This document shows positions 28,433 through 38,269 of a DNA stretch of 64,000 nt, one piece after another. A model generated the notes under the pieces. The model had not been told where the DNA came from. It did no database searches and was given only the letters and a program-made list of their open reading frames with translations. The translations under genes were made by a program, and so were the position numbers. Position 1 is the first letter of the stretch; every line of letters starts with the position of its first letter. Location of the stretch: positions 2,520 to 66,519 of the forward strand of contig CAYPSO010000004.1 in NCBI GenBank assembly GCA_964413275.1, in the 5' to 3' direction. Source of the stretch: an uncultured bacterium (GTDB taxonomy: Bacteria; Cyanobacteriota; Cyanobacteriia; Cyanobacteriales; JAABRE01).

Positions 28433-28489
28433 GACATCGAGCCGAGATTTTTTTTTTCTGGAAATCAATTTCTATAAAACAGACAAATC

Positions 28490-29944
28490 CTAATCGTTCA
28501 GACAATTATCTTTTAATTTACTCAATAAAGTAACAATTTCATCAATTGTTTGACGCTGATTTTTTCCACTTTGAATTGAATTATTAACAATAATACTAAA
28601 CACTAAAGATTCCGAATCTTGTCTTTGTAAATAACCAGATAATGCAGAAACTCCAGTTATAGTTCCCGTTTTTCCTTGTATTTTTTCCACAAGATTAGTA
28701 TCTTGAAAACGATTTTCTAAAGTTCCACTAACTCCTGTAACTGCTAAAGATTTTTGATAAATTTCTCCATTATCAGTTTTTATCATTAATCTTAAAGTTT
28801 CTGTTAATGCTTCTGGAGTGACTAAATTTTGACGGGATAAACCAGAACCATCAGCTAACATATAACTATCAGGATTAACACCTAAATCAGTTAAAATGTC
28901 TTTAACAATATCATTATTTTTCGACTCTAGTTGCATAATTTTCAAGAGAGCTTCAGCAAATAAATTATTACTATTCTGATTAATTTCTGTAATTAAATTA
29001 CTTAATTTGTCAGAATTAATAACCATAAAATTATTAGCTATTTCAAAAGTATCATCTTGACTATTAATTAATTTTGCTTTTTTGATTTTAATACCTTCAG
29101 ATAATAGCAATCTTTGTAAAAATTCCAAAAAATAACTAGCAGGATCGAGAATTGCTAAACCCCATATATCTGGTTCATTATCCAATGCTAACTCTCCCCT
29201 AATTGCTAAAGTTGGCTTACCTAAAAGTTCATGAATACTAATATTATAAGGAGTTTCTTTTTCTACTGTTATTGCTTGATTATCAATTTGCCACTGACGG
29301 GCGGCAATTTCATCTGACCATTTTAACTGGACATATTTACCTATTTTGTTGGGTAAAATAGTTAAAGTAACTGCATTTTCATTAAGCATTAAACTATTAA
29401 CACTAGGGGCATAATAAGTAACTAAATCAGACCATTCCCAACTAGGATTAATAGCAAATTCAGGAAAATAAGTATCATCAACTCTTAATTCATCAATACT
29501 AATAATACCTTGTTTTTTTAGCTGATTAACTAATTCTTGTAAATCCTCAGTTTTTAAGCTAGGATCGCCTCTACCTACCACAGTCAGGGAAGTTAAATTA
29601 GGAGGTTTTCCCTTAATATAAATAGGAGTAGCAATAGAATAATCAGCACCTAATTTTAATAAACTAGCAGCAGTAATCAGTAATTTTACATTAGAAGCAG
29701 GAATAAAAAATTTATCTCTATTTAAAGAATAAATAACCTCTCCAGACTGCAAACTTTTAACAAAAATTCCCCACGTAGCTCGACTCCATTCCTGACGATT
29801 TATAATATGATCAATATTCTCATCAAGATTATTTTTACAAATAGAATTTATATTAATCTGCGGTTCAATTTGTTGAGCTTGAACATTAATGGAAGCTGAA
29901 AGAAATAATAAAGTTAAAAAAAATCGAGTAAACTTAATGAACAT
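28490..29944 (-). CDS. dacB: D-alanyl-D-alanine carboxypeptidase/endopeptidase (PBP4, peptidase S13)
   Basis: Signal peptide, SxxK motif PASNVKL, and GKTGT(I/L) near the C-terminus (KTG box). Confidence 0.8.
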   Translation of the reverse strand: MFIKFTRFFLTLLFLSASINVQAQQIEPQININSICKNNLDENIDHIINRQEWSRATWGIFVKSLQSGEVIYSLNRDKFFIPASNVKLLITAASLLKLGADYSIATPIYIKGKPPNLTSLTVVGRGDPSLKTEDLQELVNQLKKQGIISIDELRVDDTYFPEFAINPSWEWSDLVTYYAPSVNSLMLNENAVTLTILPNKIGKYVQLKWSDEIAARQWQIDNQAITVEKETPYNISIHELLGKPTLAIRGELALDNEPDIWGLAILDPASYFLEFLQRLLLSEGIKIKKAKLINSQDDTFEIANNFMVINSDKLSNLITEINQNSNNLFAEALLKIMQLESKNNDIVKDILTDLGVNPDSYMLADGSGLSRQNLVTPEALTETLRLMIKTDNGEIYQKSLAVTGVSGTLENRFQDTNLVEKIQGKTGTITGVSALSGYLQRQDSESLVFSIIVNNSIQSGKNQRQTIDEIVTLLSKLKDNCLND

Positions 29945-30073
29945 TCATTTAAACAATAAAAATATAAATTAATAATCAATAATACTTAAAGTTATAATAT
30001 CACTAAGAGGACTTGGACAAACATCATAGATTTATCGTTAAAATTTTTGAAAACACAAGGAGATAACCCAATT

Positions 30074-31417
30074 ATGTACGATTATGATTTATTTGTAATT
30101 GGTGGTGGTTCTGGAGGCATAGCTACCGCTAGACGTGCTGCTCAATATGGTGCTAAGGTAGGATTGGCCGAGAATGATCGCTTAGGTGGTACTTGTGTTA
30201 ATAGAGGTTGTATTCCTAAAAAATTAATGGTATATGCTTCCCATTTTCCTGACTTATTTGAGGAAGCAGAAGGTTATGGCTGGAGTAAGGCAACAAGTAC
30301 CTTAGATTGGTCAAGAATGCTTACTGCTGTTAATAATGAAGTAGAAAGATTAAATGGAATTTATCAACGAATGTTAGATAATTCCAAGGTAGCAATCTAT
30401 AGAGAATATGCTAAATTTATTGATGCTCATACCATAGAAGTTGGAGATAAAAAAATAACAGCAGATAAAATATTAATTGCTGTGGGTGGTTATCCCATTA
30501 AACCTGATATTCCTGGTATGGAATATACTATTACTTCAGATGATATGTTTCATCTTCCCGAACAACCGAAACATATAGTTATTTTTGGTGGTGGTTATAT
30601 CGGTGTAGAATTTGCTTGTATCATGCATGGTTTGGGTTCAAAGGTAACACAAATTATTAGAAAAGATTTAATTCTTAATGGTTTTGATGAAGATTTACGT
30701 CAAGAAATTCAAGAAGGAATGAAAAATCATGGTATTAATATTATCAGTGGTCATCAAATTACAGGGATTGAAAAAACAGAAACTGGTTTAAAAGTTAGCT
30801 TGGAAGGTGAAGATTCTGATGTAATTTTAGCCGATGCTGTGAGTTTATCTGCGACGGGAAGAATACCTAATATTAAAAATTTAGGTTTAGAAAATGCAGG
30901 AGTAGAGTTAGAAAACGGAGCAGTTAAAACCGATCAATATAGTCAAACTTCCCAAGAAAATATTTACGCAGTGGGAGACTGTACTAATACTATTTATTTA
31001 ACTCCTGTTGCTATTAATGAAGGTAGAGCTTTTGCTGATACTCATTTTGGCGGGCAATCTCGGATTATGAGTTATGAAAACGTTCCCACCGCAATTTTTA
31101 GTACCCCAGAAGCAGCAACTGTGGGCTTAACGGAAGCAGAAGCAAGGGAAAAATATGGGGATAAAATAAAAATTTATCGTAGTAAATTTAGACCAATGTA
31201 TTATACATTGACTGGAAAAGATGAAAAAACTTTAATGAAGTTGATAGTCGATGAAAGCACTGATAAAGTATTAGGGGCTCATATGGTTGGTAATTATGCC
31301 GCAGAAATAATTCAAGGAGTAGCTATTGCTTTGAAAATGGGGGCTAAAAAAGCTGATTTTGATGCAACTGTGGGTATTCATCCGAGTACAGCAGAAGAAT
31401 TTGTGACGATGCGTTAA
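30074..31417 (+). CDS. gor: Glutathione-disulfide reductase
   Basis: YDLFVIGGGSGG, redox-active GGTCVNRGCIPKK, and C-terminal HPSTAEEFVTMR. I prefer the ATG at 30074, preceded by AAGGAG, over the TTG at 30047 in the ORF track. Confidence 0.85.
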   Translation: MYDYDLFVIGGGSGGIATARRAAQYGAKVGLAENDRLGGTCVNRGCIPKKLMVYASHFPDLFEEAEGYGWSKATSTLDWSRMLTAVNNEVERLNGIYQRMLDNSKVAIYREYAKFIDAHTIEVGDKKITADKILIAVGGYPIKPDIPGMEYTITSDDMFHLPEQPKHIVIFGGGYIGVEFACIMHGLGSKVTQIIRKDLILNGFDEDLRQEIQEGMKNHGINIISGHQITGIEKTETGLKVSLEGEDSDVILADAVSLSATGRIPNIKNLGLENAGVELENGAVKTDQYSQTSQENIYAVGDCTNTIYLTPVAINEGRAFADTHFGGQSRIMSYENVPTAIFSTPEAATVGLTEAEAREKYGDKIKIYRSKFRPMYYTLTGKDEKTLMKLIVDESTDKVLGAHMVGNYAAEIIQGVAIALKMGAKKADFDATVGIHPSTAEEFVTMR

Positions 31418-31424
31418 TGTTACT

Positions 31425-31446
31425 GAGTGGGCAATGCCCACCCTAC
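31425..31446. repeat. Partial copy of the GTGGGCA-A-TGCCCACCCTAC palindromic element
   Basis: gagtgggcaatgcccaccctac, 8 nt after the gor stop and between convergent genes. It could act as a bidirectional terminator hairpin. Confidence 0.8.
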
Positions 31447-31503
31447 AAAACTTTTACTCTTAAAATCTAGTTATTTGCTGATGCAACAAATCCATAAAAA
31501 TTG

Positions 31504-31893
31504 TTACTTCTTGAGATTCCACATTTGTCTCTTTATTCGCCATTCTCCTGATTTTTCTTGATTAAGAAGCCAAGTTTTGGTAGCTTTGAATGAATTTTTT
31601 TTGCCCTCAGCGTAGTCAACAGTTGTTATATCTACTTCGGCAATTCCGTATATCCATTGATCGTTAATTAACAAAGCATCAATAGGTCGAGATTTTATAC
31701 TCCATTTTGCAACATCATAATCCTTTTGTTCGCTTTGGGCAATTTGGTCTGGGCCATATTCAGGCTCGGAGCCTGGTGGAATCCGAATTGCATCTGAGGC
31801 AAATAGCTTTCCATAAGCGATAGAATCACTTGCATTAACTGCTGTCTGATAGTTATCACACATTGCACTAACAATTTTATTTGCATTAATCAT
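31504..31893 (-). CDS. SnoaL-like / NTF2-fold (DUF4440-type) protein
   Basis: 129 aa, with ...YGKLFASDAIRIPPG... and the C-terminal ...W(L/V)..Q..SGEWRI.R..W pattern typical of NTF2-like small proteins. Confidence 0.5.
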   Translation of the reverse strand: MINANKIVSAMCDNYQTAVNASDSIAYGKLFASDAIRIPPGSEPEYGPDQIAQSEQKDYDVAKWSIKSRPIDALLINDQWIYGIAEVDITTVDYAEGKKNSFKATKTWLLNQEKSGEWRIKRQMWNLKK

Positions 31894-32006
31894 AAGTTTT
31901 ACTTCCTTTTTTCAAACCAGTTATCGGTTTTACCTTCAAAGAAAAATTTTTACTTATTCTCTAATACCTATAAATGAAGATATAACCGAATTTTGACAGA
32001 GGTAGT

Positions 32007-32207
32007 TTATGTCTTGATACTAATTATTTTATCAAAATTAATAAGTAAACATGAAAAAAAGTCTTGATCGTAAGGACTAAGTTCGATTCCTCTAGATGTT
32101 TTTGTAACATAAAGTATATCGCCGTTACTAATATGTAACTTTTCTAAAAGTTCTTTGGGCAATATTATTCCTGTTGAATTTCCTAAAGTAGTTACTTTAA
32201 CTTTCAT
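32007..32207 (-). CDS. AbrB/MazE/SpoVT-domain antitoxin-like protein with no adjacent toxin
   Basis: MKVKVTTLGNSTGIILPKELLEKLHISNGDILYV is a swapped-hairpin AbrB-type DNA-binding domain. The C-terminal third has no family resemblance, and no PIN or MazF ORF follows. Confidence 0.6.
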   Translation of the reverse strand: MKVKVTTLGNSTGIILPKELLEKLHISNGDILYVTKTSRGIELSPYDQDFFSCLLINFDKIISIKT

Positions 32208-32251
32208 AGATGTTAACTAAACTTAATTTTGTTATTTTATTAAACAATAAC

Positions 32252-32276
32252 AAAAAAAACAGGCCTAAATGCCTGT
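32252..32276 (-). terminator. Rho-independent terminator of guaA
   Basis: On the minus strand: acaggc-atttag-gcctgt followed by TTTTTTTT, about 50 nt after the guaA stop. Confidence 0.7.
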
Positions 32277-32324
32277 TCTACAAAGAGATAGATTTTAACT
32301 AATCTAAGCAATTAATCAAAAATA

Positions 32325-33998
32325 TTATTCCCATTCAATAGTGCCGGGGGGTTTAGAAGTAATATCATAAACTACCCGATTTACCCCTTTGACTTCATTA
32401 ACAATGCGATTAGAAATTATTTCTAGCAATTCATAGGGAACTTTTGCCCAATCGGCTGTCATACCATCTTCACTGGTAATAAACCTCAATACCACCGGGT
32501 GAGCATAAGTGCGTTTATCTCCCATAACTCCGACACTACGGATAGGTAATAAAACGGCAAAAGCTTGCCAATAGTCGTGATAAACTCCTTGTTTACTAAT
32601 TTCATCTCTGACAATGAAATCAGCATCTCTAAGGATATTTAGTCTTTCTGAGGTAACTTCTCCAATGATTCTAATGGCTAAACCGGGGCCAGGAAAAGGA
32701 TGACGACGGACGATTTCTTCTGGAAGTCCGATACTACGGCCAACATTTCTCACCTCATCTTTAAAAAGCTTACGCAAAGGTTCAACTAATTTAAAGCGTA
32801 GATTCTTGGGTAATCCACCCACATTATGATGGCTCTTAATTTTAACTGCAATCCTTTCCCCAGTTTTGGGATCGACGTTAGTATCCGCAGACTCAATGAC
32901 ATCAGGGTAGAGTGTACCTTGAGCTAGGTAATCAAAAGGGCCTAAACGGTTGGATTCTTCTTCAAAAACTTGAATAAATTCATGGCCAATACGACGACGT
33001 TTTTCTTCGGGATCTAATATTCCTTTAACTTGTTCTAAAAAACGTTCGCGAGCATTAATATATTGAACTGGTATATGAAATTTTTGATCGAATATATCCA
33101 CTAATCTTTCTGGCTCACCTTTGCGCATGAAACCTTGATCGATGAACATACAAGTAAGTTTATCTCCGATCGCTCTGTGAAGTAAAAAAGCTAGGGTAGA
33201 GGAGTCAACTCCACCAGATAGGGCAAGTAATACTCGTTTTTCACCTACTTTAGCTCTAATTTCCCTAATGGACTCTTCTACAAAGGCTTCCATTGTCCAA
33301 GTTGGTTCGCATTCGCAGATGTGATAGACAAAGTTACGAATTAAGGCAATACCACCTTGAGAATGAACGACTTCGGGATGAAATTGAACTCCAAAGATCT
33401 GTTTTTTGTGATCGGCGATGGCCGCACAAGGTGTATTATCTGTATGGGCTAGAACCACAAAACCTTCTGGTAATCGAGTACATGAGTCACCGTGACTCAT
33501 CCACATGGTTGAACCATCTTCTACATTGGTTAACAAATCAGTGGGATCGTCTATATTCAAAGAAGCTTTACCATATTCTCCACGTTTAGACCTTTCTACT
33601 CCTCCTCCTAACTGTTGAACCATTAACTGCATACCATAACAAACACCCAAAATCGGAATCCCTAGATGAAAAATCTCTGGATCGCATTGAGGTGCGCCTG
33701 GATCGTAAACTGAATTAGGACCACCTGAGAGTATAATCCCTTGGGGAGCTAATGTTCGTAATTGTTCTGCTGTAGTGCGATAGGATAACACTTCAGAATA
33801 TACTTGGGTTTCTCTAATTCTTCTAGCAATTAATTCAGAATATTGAGAGCCAAAATCAAGGATAACTAACATTTGACGGTCGGCATAAGCCCCCGAATCG
33901 AATTCGGGAGACACGCCCTCACGATTAATTTCATTTGTTAAGGTTTGATTTGGTTCTAATTCCTGAGGGGATAGGGGTTGAGTTGGTGTGTGTACCAT
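32325..33998 (-). CDS. guaA: GMP synthase (glutamine-hydrolysing)
   Basis: GATase domain ([29 protein letters not shown]), ATP-PPase P-loop SGGVDSS, and C-terminal PPGTIEWE. The N-terminal about 42 aa are unconserved, so the start could be the internal Met (MLVILDF). Confidence 0.95.
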   Translation of the reverse strand: MVHTPTQPLSPQELEPNQTLTNEINREGVSPEFDSGAYADRQMLVILDFGSQYSELIARRIRETQVYSEVLSYRTTAEQLRTLAPQGIILSGGPNSVYDPGAPQCDPEIFHLGIPILGVCYGMQLMVQQLGGGVERSKRGEYGKASLNIDDPTDLLTNVEDGSTMWMSHGDSCTRLPEGFVVLAHTDNTPCAAIADHKKQIFGVQFHPEVVHSQGGIALIRNFVYHICECEPTWTMEAFVEESIREIRAKVGEKRVLLALSGGVDSSTLAFLLHRAIGDKLTCMFIDQGFMRKGEPERLVDIFDQKFHIPVQYINARERFLEQVKGILDPEEKRRRIGHEFIQVFEEESNRLGPFDYLAQGTLYPDVIESADTNVDPKTGERIAVKIKSHHNVGGLPKNLRFKLVEPLRKLFKDEVRNVGRSIGLPEEIVRRHPFPGPGLAIRIIGEVTSERLNILRDADFIVRDEISKQGVYHDYWQAFAVLLPIRSVGVMGDKRTYAHPVVLRFITSEDGMTADWAKVPYELLEIISNRIVNEVKGVNRVVYDITSKPPGTIEWE

Positions 33999-34108
33999 GA
34001 TTTAAAACTAATCTAGAGTAAGAAGGGAACAGACTATAATAATTAATTAAAATAGCCATTTTATTAAGATTTATTACAAAGTAAAAATTATAAATTCTTA
34101 CTATCATA

Positions 34109-35206
34109 TCACAAAAAAGATAATAACTTCTGCCCATAGACACTGGTAATAATAATATTTCGTTGGCGATCGAATAAAACAGAGCCTACAGTTATGTGAA
34201 GTTGACTGTGATTAAAAATGTATTCTTGAGAACGTCGATCTATGGTAGATGCGATCGCACCGTAAACTAAATTAACCCAATTATTATCTAAACTGCGTAA
34301 TAACTGTAAAGCATCTTCAGTGGTGGAGCTAGTAAATATTTTTGGTAAAATATCTGCCGGTAAGCCTAAATTACCACAAATAGCCGTTAAAATTTCTAAT
34401 CTACCATCGGCTAAATGATGATGAGTATGAAATATTCCACCAGCTAATTTAATTAATTTACCATGATAACCAAATAATAAAATGGATTTAACTCCTTGGG
34501 TAGCCGCACTGACTAACATTGGGCCTAACCAATTAGCTGTTTTAATTAGTTGTTCGGGATTAATACCCATTTTTTGAGCTAAATCTAATCCATTTTCTCC
34601 AATACAAAACACTAAAGTATCAAATTTTTTGGCTTTTTCTGTTAATTCCTGTTGATATAAATCTAATTGTTGAGGTGAAGATAAGGGCTGAGAAATTCCT
34701 CCTGTACCAAGTAAGGATAATCCCTCAATAATACCAAAAGCACTATTTGATGTGCGAGTAGCTAATTCTCGACCTTCAGGTAAAATAACAGTTACAATAA
34801 TTTGCTGATTGGATAATAATAATTTGCTTAAATTATGGGTAATAATATTACGAGCATAATTATATATAGCAGGCTGATTAGTGTTAATATTAATACCAAT
34901 TCCTTCGCCTCCTTTGATAATAATTGGTTGAAAATTATTATCATCTATGGTAATTAATTCCACCATTGACCAAATAGGAGTATTACGAGTTAAATCAAGA
35001 TTATCACCCGGATCTGAACGAGTAATTCCTATGGCAATATTGTCAGTAATTTTGGCAATTTGTTCGATGTTAATTGAGACAGTTTCAGGAGGATTAATTA
35101 AGTCTAATTCTACTGATAAAATAGAATTTTTACTTTTTAATTTAAGTAAAGCAGCCACGGCAGAAGCACAGGCAAAAACTGGTAAAGTGTATCCTTGGCG
35201 TAACAT
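34109..35206 (-). CDS. cbiD: Cobalt-precorrin-5B C(1)-methyltransferase
   Basis: The N-terminal LRQGYTLPVFACASAVAAL and the GGISxPLS-type region, together with the length, are typical of CbiD. Confidence 0.75.
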   Translation of the reverse strand: MLRQGYTLPVFACASAVAALLKLKSKNSILSVELDLINPPETVSINIEQIAKITDNIAIGITRSDPGDNLDLTRNTPIWSMVELITIDDNNFQPIIIKGGEGIGININTNQPAIYNYARNIITHNLSKLLLSNQQIIVTVILPEGRELATRTSNSAFGIIEGLSLLGTGGISQPLSSPQQLDLYQQELTEKAKKFDTLVFCIGENGLDLAQKMGINPEQLIKTANWLGPMLVSAATQGVKSILLFGYHGKLIKLAGGIFHTHHHLADGRLEILTAICGNLGLPADILPKIFTSSTTEDALQLLRSLDNNWVNLVYGAIASTIDRRSQEYIFNHSQLHITVGSVLFDRQRNIIITSVYGQKLLSFL

Positions 35207-35273
35207 AGATTATTTTATAATATTTTAAAATTAAATTAATATTATCCCCTATACAATAACATTTTTTATGAAC

Positions 35274-35314
35274 CGCAGAGAGCGCAGAGGAAGCAGAGGA
35301 AACAAGAGAGAGAA
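35274..35314. repeat. Short purine-rich GCAGAG(G/A) direct-repeat element
   Basis: cgcagagagcgcagaggaagcagaggaaacaagagagag in the cbiD/SDR divergent intergenic region. It resembles dispersed small repeats seen in other cyanobacterial genomes (recollection only). Confidence 0.4.
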
Positions 35315-35383
35315 ATGTTCACGAATCGTTTATAATTGCTATATATTAAATTATTAAACAATACAATACAATAATCAATAATT

Positions 35384-36346
35384 ATGAAAGCGTTAGTTAC
35401 AGGAGCAAATGGGTTTACCGGTTCTCATTTAGTTAAAGCTTTATTAACTAAAGTTTACTCTGTTAGGGCGTTAGTTCGTAAATCTAGTGATTTATCCCGT
35501 TTAGAAAATTTAGATATAGAAATAGTTTATGGAGATATTACTGATAAAAGTAGTTTAGAAGAAGCAATAAAAGATATAGATATGGTATTTCATATTGCTG
35601 CCTATGTTGAGTTAGGCTTAGTAGATGAGGATAAAATGAGAAAAATTAATGTTGAAGGTACTAGAAATGTTTTAGAAGTTGCCTTTAATAATAATGTTCA
35701 AAAAATGATTTATTGCAGCACAATTGGAATTTTTGGTGACTCTCAAGGAAAAGTAATTGATGAAACATTTAAGCGTACTCAAACAGATTTTTCTTCCGCT
35801 TATGATATTACTAAATACGAAGCACAACAGTTAGTAAATGAATATGCAAACAAAGGATTACCAGTAATAAGTGTAATGCCATCTGGAATTTTTGGAGCAG
35901 ACGATCCCCATTTTGGGCCGGTAATTAAATTATTTTTAAATAATAAATTCAAATTTTGGGTTGGAGGAGAAAGAGTTACAGGAATTGTTCATGTAGATGA
36001 TGCAGTAGAAGCCATGATTTTAGCAGCAGAAAAAGGAAAAGTAGGGGAATATTATATATTATCTGCTGGAGATTTAACCACCAGAGAAATGTTTGCAATT
36101 TTAGGGAAAAAAACAGGTGTTTCTGTACCGAATGAAGTGCCAAAATTTATCGCTCAAATTCTTGGTAATATCCTTGATATAATCGGACGAATTACTTCAT
36201 GGAATCCGCCTTTAGGCAAAGAAAGATTGCATTATGTTTACGAAAGATGTGTAAGGGTAACAGGAGAAAAAGCTCGCCGAGAATTAGGTTGGCAACCTCG
36301 CTCTGTGGAGCAAACTTTAATTGATATTCTTAATGATTTGAAATGA
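35384..36346 (+). CDS. NAD(P)-dependent epimerase/dehydratase-family SDR (dihydroflavonol-reductase-like)
   Basis: Rossmann motif VTGANGFTGSHLV and catalytic YxxxK (YDITKYEAQ). Confidence 0.75.
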   Translation: MKALVTGANGFTGSHLVKALLTKVYSVRALVRKSSDLSRLENLDIEIVYGDITDKSSLEEAIKDIDMVFHIAAYVELGLVDEDKMRKINVEGTRNVLEVAFNNNVQKMIYCSTIGIFGDSQGKVIDETFKRTQTDFSSAYDITKYEAQQLVNEYANKGLPVISVMPSGIFGADDPHFGPVIKLFLNNKFKFWVGGERVTGIVHVDDAVEAMILAAEKGKVGEYYILSAGDLTTREMFAILGKKTGVSVPNEVPKFIAQILGNILDIIGRITSWNPPLGKERLHYVYERCVRVTGEKARRELGWQPRSVEQTLIDILNDLK

Positions 36347-36362
36347 CAAATTATTTGTTATT

Positions 36363-36397
36363 CGTTAGCATTTAGCGATTAGCGATTAGCTGTTAGC
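36363..36397. repeat. Heptanucleotide tandem repeat, 5 units of NNTTAGC
   Basis: cgttagc atttagc gattagc gattagc tgttagc. Confidence 0.85.
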
Positions 36398-36407
36398 AAT
36401 CATTAAA

Positions 36408-36426
36408 CATTAAACAATGTTTAATG
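36408..36426. repeat. Perfect 19-nt palindrome between convergent genes
   Basis: cattaaaca-a-tgtttaatg. An AT-rich stem located between two different heptamer arrays. Confidence 0.6.
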
Positions 36427-36433
36427 AAATGAC

Positions 36434-36489
36434 CTCTTACTTCTTACCTCTTACTTCTTACCTCTTACTTCTTACTTCTTACTTCTTAC
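36434..36489. repeat. Heptanucleotide tandem repeat, 8 units of (C/T)TCTTAC
   Basis: ctcttac ttcttac ctcttac ttcttac ctcttac ttcttac ttcttac ttcttac, ending 15 nt from the stop of the proA-like gene. Confidence 0.9.
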
Positions 36490-36503
36490 CTCCTATCTTC
36501 TAA

Positions 36504-37754
36504 TTACCCTTGAACAACTTGTGTTAAAGTAGTTAAAGTATCCAAACCAATTAAACCTCGACGATAACCTTTTTGGTTAGATACTCCTAAAAATACTGAT
36601 TCTCCCCCTTTAGGATTGCGATAAAAACGAGGAGAAGAATTAATATAAACTAATGCACTATCAACTCCCATGGCAAATTGACGACTTTCATTGTAGGATT
36701 CTGTTATTAAACAGTCAGCATGACCACTACTATAATGATTAATCCAAGCAATAGCTTTATCTATCGCTTCAACTTTTTTAAAAGCTACTATTTTTGCTAA
36801 ATAAGGTTTTCCCCATTCTCCTTTTTGCATAGGAGTAAGTTGCTCTGGAAATTCTGCAACTAAATTATCATCTCCTCTCAGAATAAAACCTTTTTCTTCT
36901 AAATTATTAAATAATCTAATTAAAGAAGATGGTTTATGATTACTATTAATTAATACTTTTTCAATGGCATTTACTGGATCTGGTTCACTAGCATGACTAT
37001 CAATAATTATCGTTCTTACTAAGTCTAAATCGCCGCTACTACTCCAATAAAGATAACAGTTACTCATGGCAGATTTTAAAACAGGAATTGTTGATAATTC
37101 TGTTACTTGTTCAATTAAACTAGGTCTGCCATAAGGAATTACTAAATTAATATATTTATCTTTACTTAATAAATCTTGAATTGAAGAACCTTGCTCTGTA
37201 GAAAGAAATTGTACACAATTTTTAGGTAATTCTGCTTGTTCTAAAGCATTTTGTAATATATCAGCAATAACAGCATTAGAATGACTTGCCTCACTACTTC
37301 CTCGTAAAATTAAACTGTTACCACTTTTTAAACATAAACCAGCAGCTATAATTCCTAATTCTGGAAAAGCTTCATAAATTAAAGCAATAACTCCGAGGGG
37401 TTTTCTTTGACAATAGGTTTGTCCTAATTGTAATTGATAGGAAGCATTAATAACTTTTTCTAATGGATCGGATAAATTACTTAATTGATTTAAAATATTA
37501 ATGGTATCATTAAGTCTTTCTGGAGTTAATTTTAACCAATCAATAATCAATTCTGGCACAGCCATCTCTCGGCTAATTTCTAGGTCAAGGGTATTTGCTT
37601 CTAAAACTTCATCAGCCGAGTTTTTCAATCCTTTAGCTATTTCTTTAATGCCTCTACTTCTGTCTATTCCTTTAGTTTTTTCTAACTCTAGAAAACTTTG
37701 ATAAACCCGCTTAAGAGAAGTAAATATGGGATTAGGAGAAATATTATTTTTCAT
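36504..37754 (-). CDS. Gamma-glutamyl phosphate reductase (ProA) homolog lacking the catalytic cysteine
   Basis: ProA-like over its whole length (LDLEISRE..., PLGVIALIYEAFPE, LILRGSSEA, IPYGRPSLI, STIPVL). The ALDH catalytic motif C-N-A-x-E-x-L-L is PVNAIEKVLI here (Val261, nt 36972-36974). Confidence 0.7.
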   Translation of the reverse strand: MKNNISPNPIFTSLKRVYQSFLELEKTKGIDRSRGIKEIAKGLKNSADEVLEANTLDLEISREMAVPELIIDWLKLTPERLNDTINILNQLSNLSDPLEKVINASYQLQLGQTYCQRKPLGVIALIYEAFPELGIIAAGLCLKSGNSLILRGSSEASHSNAVIADILQNALEQAELPKNCVQFLSTEQGSSIQDLLSKDKYINLVIPYGRPSLIEQVTELSTIPVLKSAMSNCYLYWSSSGDLDLVRTIIIDSHASEPDPVNAIEKVLINSNHKPSSLIRLFNNLEEKGFILRGDDNLVAEFPEQLTPMQKGEWGKPYLAKIVAFKKVEAIDKAIAWINHYSSGHADCLITESYNESRQFAMGVDSALVYINSSPRFYRNPKGGESVFLGVSNQKGYRRGLIGLDTLTTLTQVVQG

Positions 37755-37764
37755 AATTTTAATT

Positions 37765-38259
37765 TTAACGACGATGGGATAACCAAACTATTATTGCAGG
37801 TATGATAGCACTAATAACAGCGACCATCGCCCAAATAAGGATACCCAATCCCATAGAAGAATTTAAAGCCAAAGGTAGCCAAATTATTAATAATAAAGTA
37901 ATAATTCCAGAAGCTATAGGCAGATAGGTATTACCTATATTTTTATTAGCAATTTGCCAACGTTTTCCTGTCCATTTCCACGCTTTTTTATAGGGATAAA
38001 CAGATGATAATTGTTCGATAAATTCTTGATTTTTATCAATTATAAAGATGTGCTGGCATTTTTCACAACCCAAAGCTTCTGTTAAGGTTATCGGTTGTAA
38101 AAGTCCTTTACAACAAGGACAAGGATATTCTTTGTTTAGATCTATTTTATATTTGTTTTGATACCGCACCTGTCCAATTTGTTTAATTAAAAATTTAATA
38201 AAGAAACTAATTTTATAATAGCTTTTAGCAGTTAGCTTTTTATTACCTTTATAATTCAT
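37765..38259 (-). CDS. Zinc-ribbon membrane protein (paralog of 22446-22922)
   Basis: YPCPCCKGLL...GCEKCQHIF, then WKWTGKRWQ and TM helices. The N-terminal about 40 codons overlap a heptamer-repeat patch, so the true start is uncertain. Confidence 0.55.
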   Translation of the reverse strand: MNYKGNKKLTAKSYYKISFFIKFLIKQIGQVRYQNKYKIDLNKEYPCPCCKGLLQPITLTEALGCEKCQHIFIIDKNQEFIEQLSSVYPYKKAWKWTGKRWQIANKNIGNTYLPIASGIITLLLIIWLPLALNSSMGLGILIWAMVAVISAIIPAIIVWLSHRR

Positions 38260-38269
38260 AAATCATTCC

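Noticed and set aside
28433-28489. Terminator after the ABC ATPase gene (T10 tract at about 28450-28459)
   Set aside because: The sequence before the T-tract (catcgagccgaga) forms at best a 3-bp stem, so it is not a convincing intrinsic terminator.
30047-30073. TTG start of the glutathione reductase ORF
   Set aside because: An ATG at 30074 is preceded by AAGGAG and gives the usual N-terminus directly before the FAD-binding GGGSGG motif.
32070-32100. tRNA-like T-loop sequence GTTCGATTCC
   Set aside because: There are no flanking acceptor, D or anticodon stems. The sequence is the antisense of the RGIELS codons of the AbrB-like CDS.
33293-35228. Plus- and minus-strand ORFs overlapping guaA and cbiD (33293-33589, 33931-34143, 34947-35228)
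   Set aside because: They are shadow ORFs overlapping strongly supported genes and have no motifs. The same applies to other overlapping shadow ORFs in the track, both antisense and same-strand alternative-frame, such as 4501-4713, 6163-6345, 7798-8010, 10236-10639, 11869-12051, 14457-14666, 15440-15646, 18575-18847, 21038-21220, 24652-24897, 27135-27437, 37501-37701, 42860-43042, 43513-43707, 47289-47624, 52530-53115, 54303-54491, 54960-55145 and 58227-58517.
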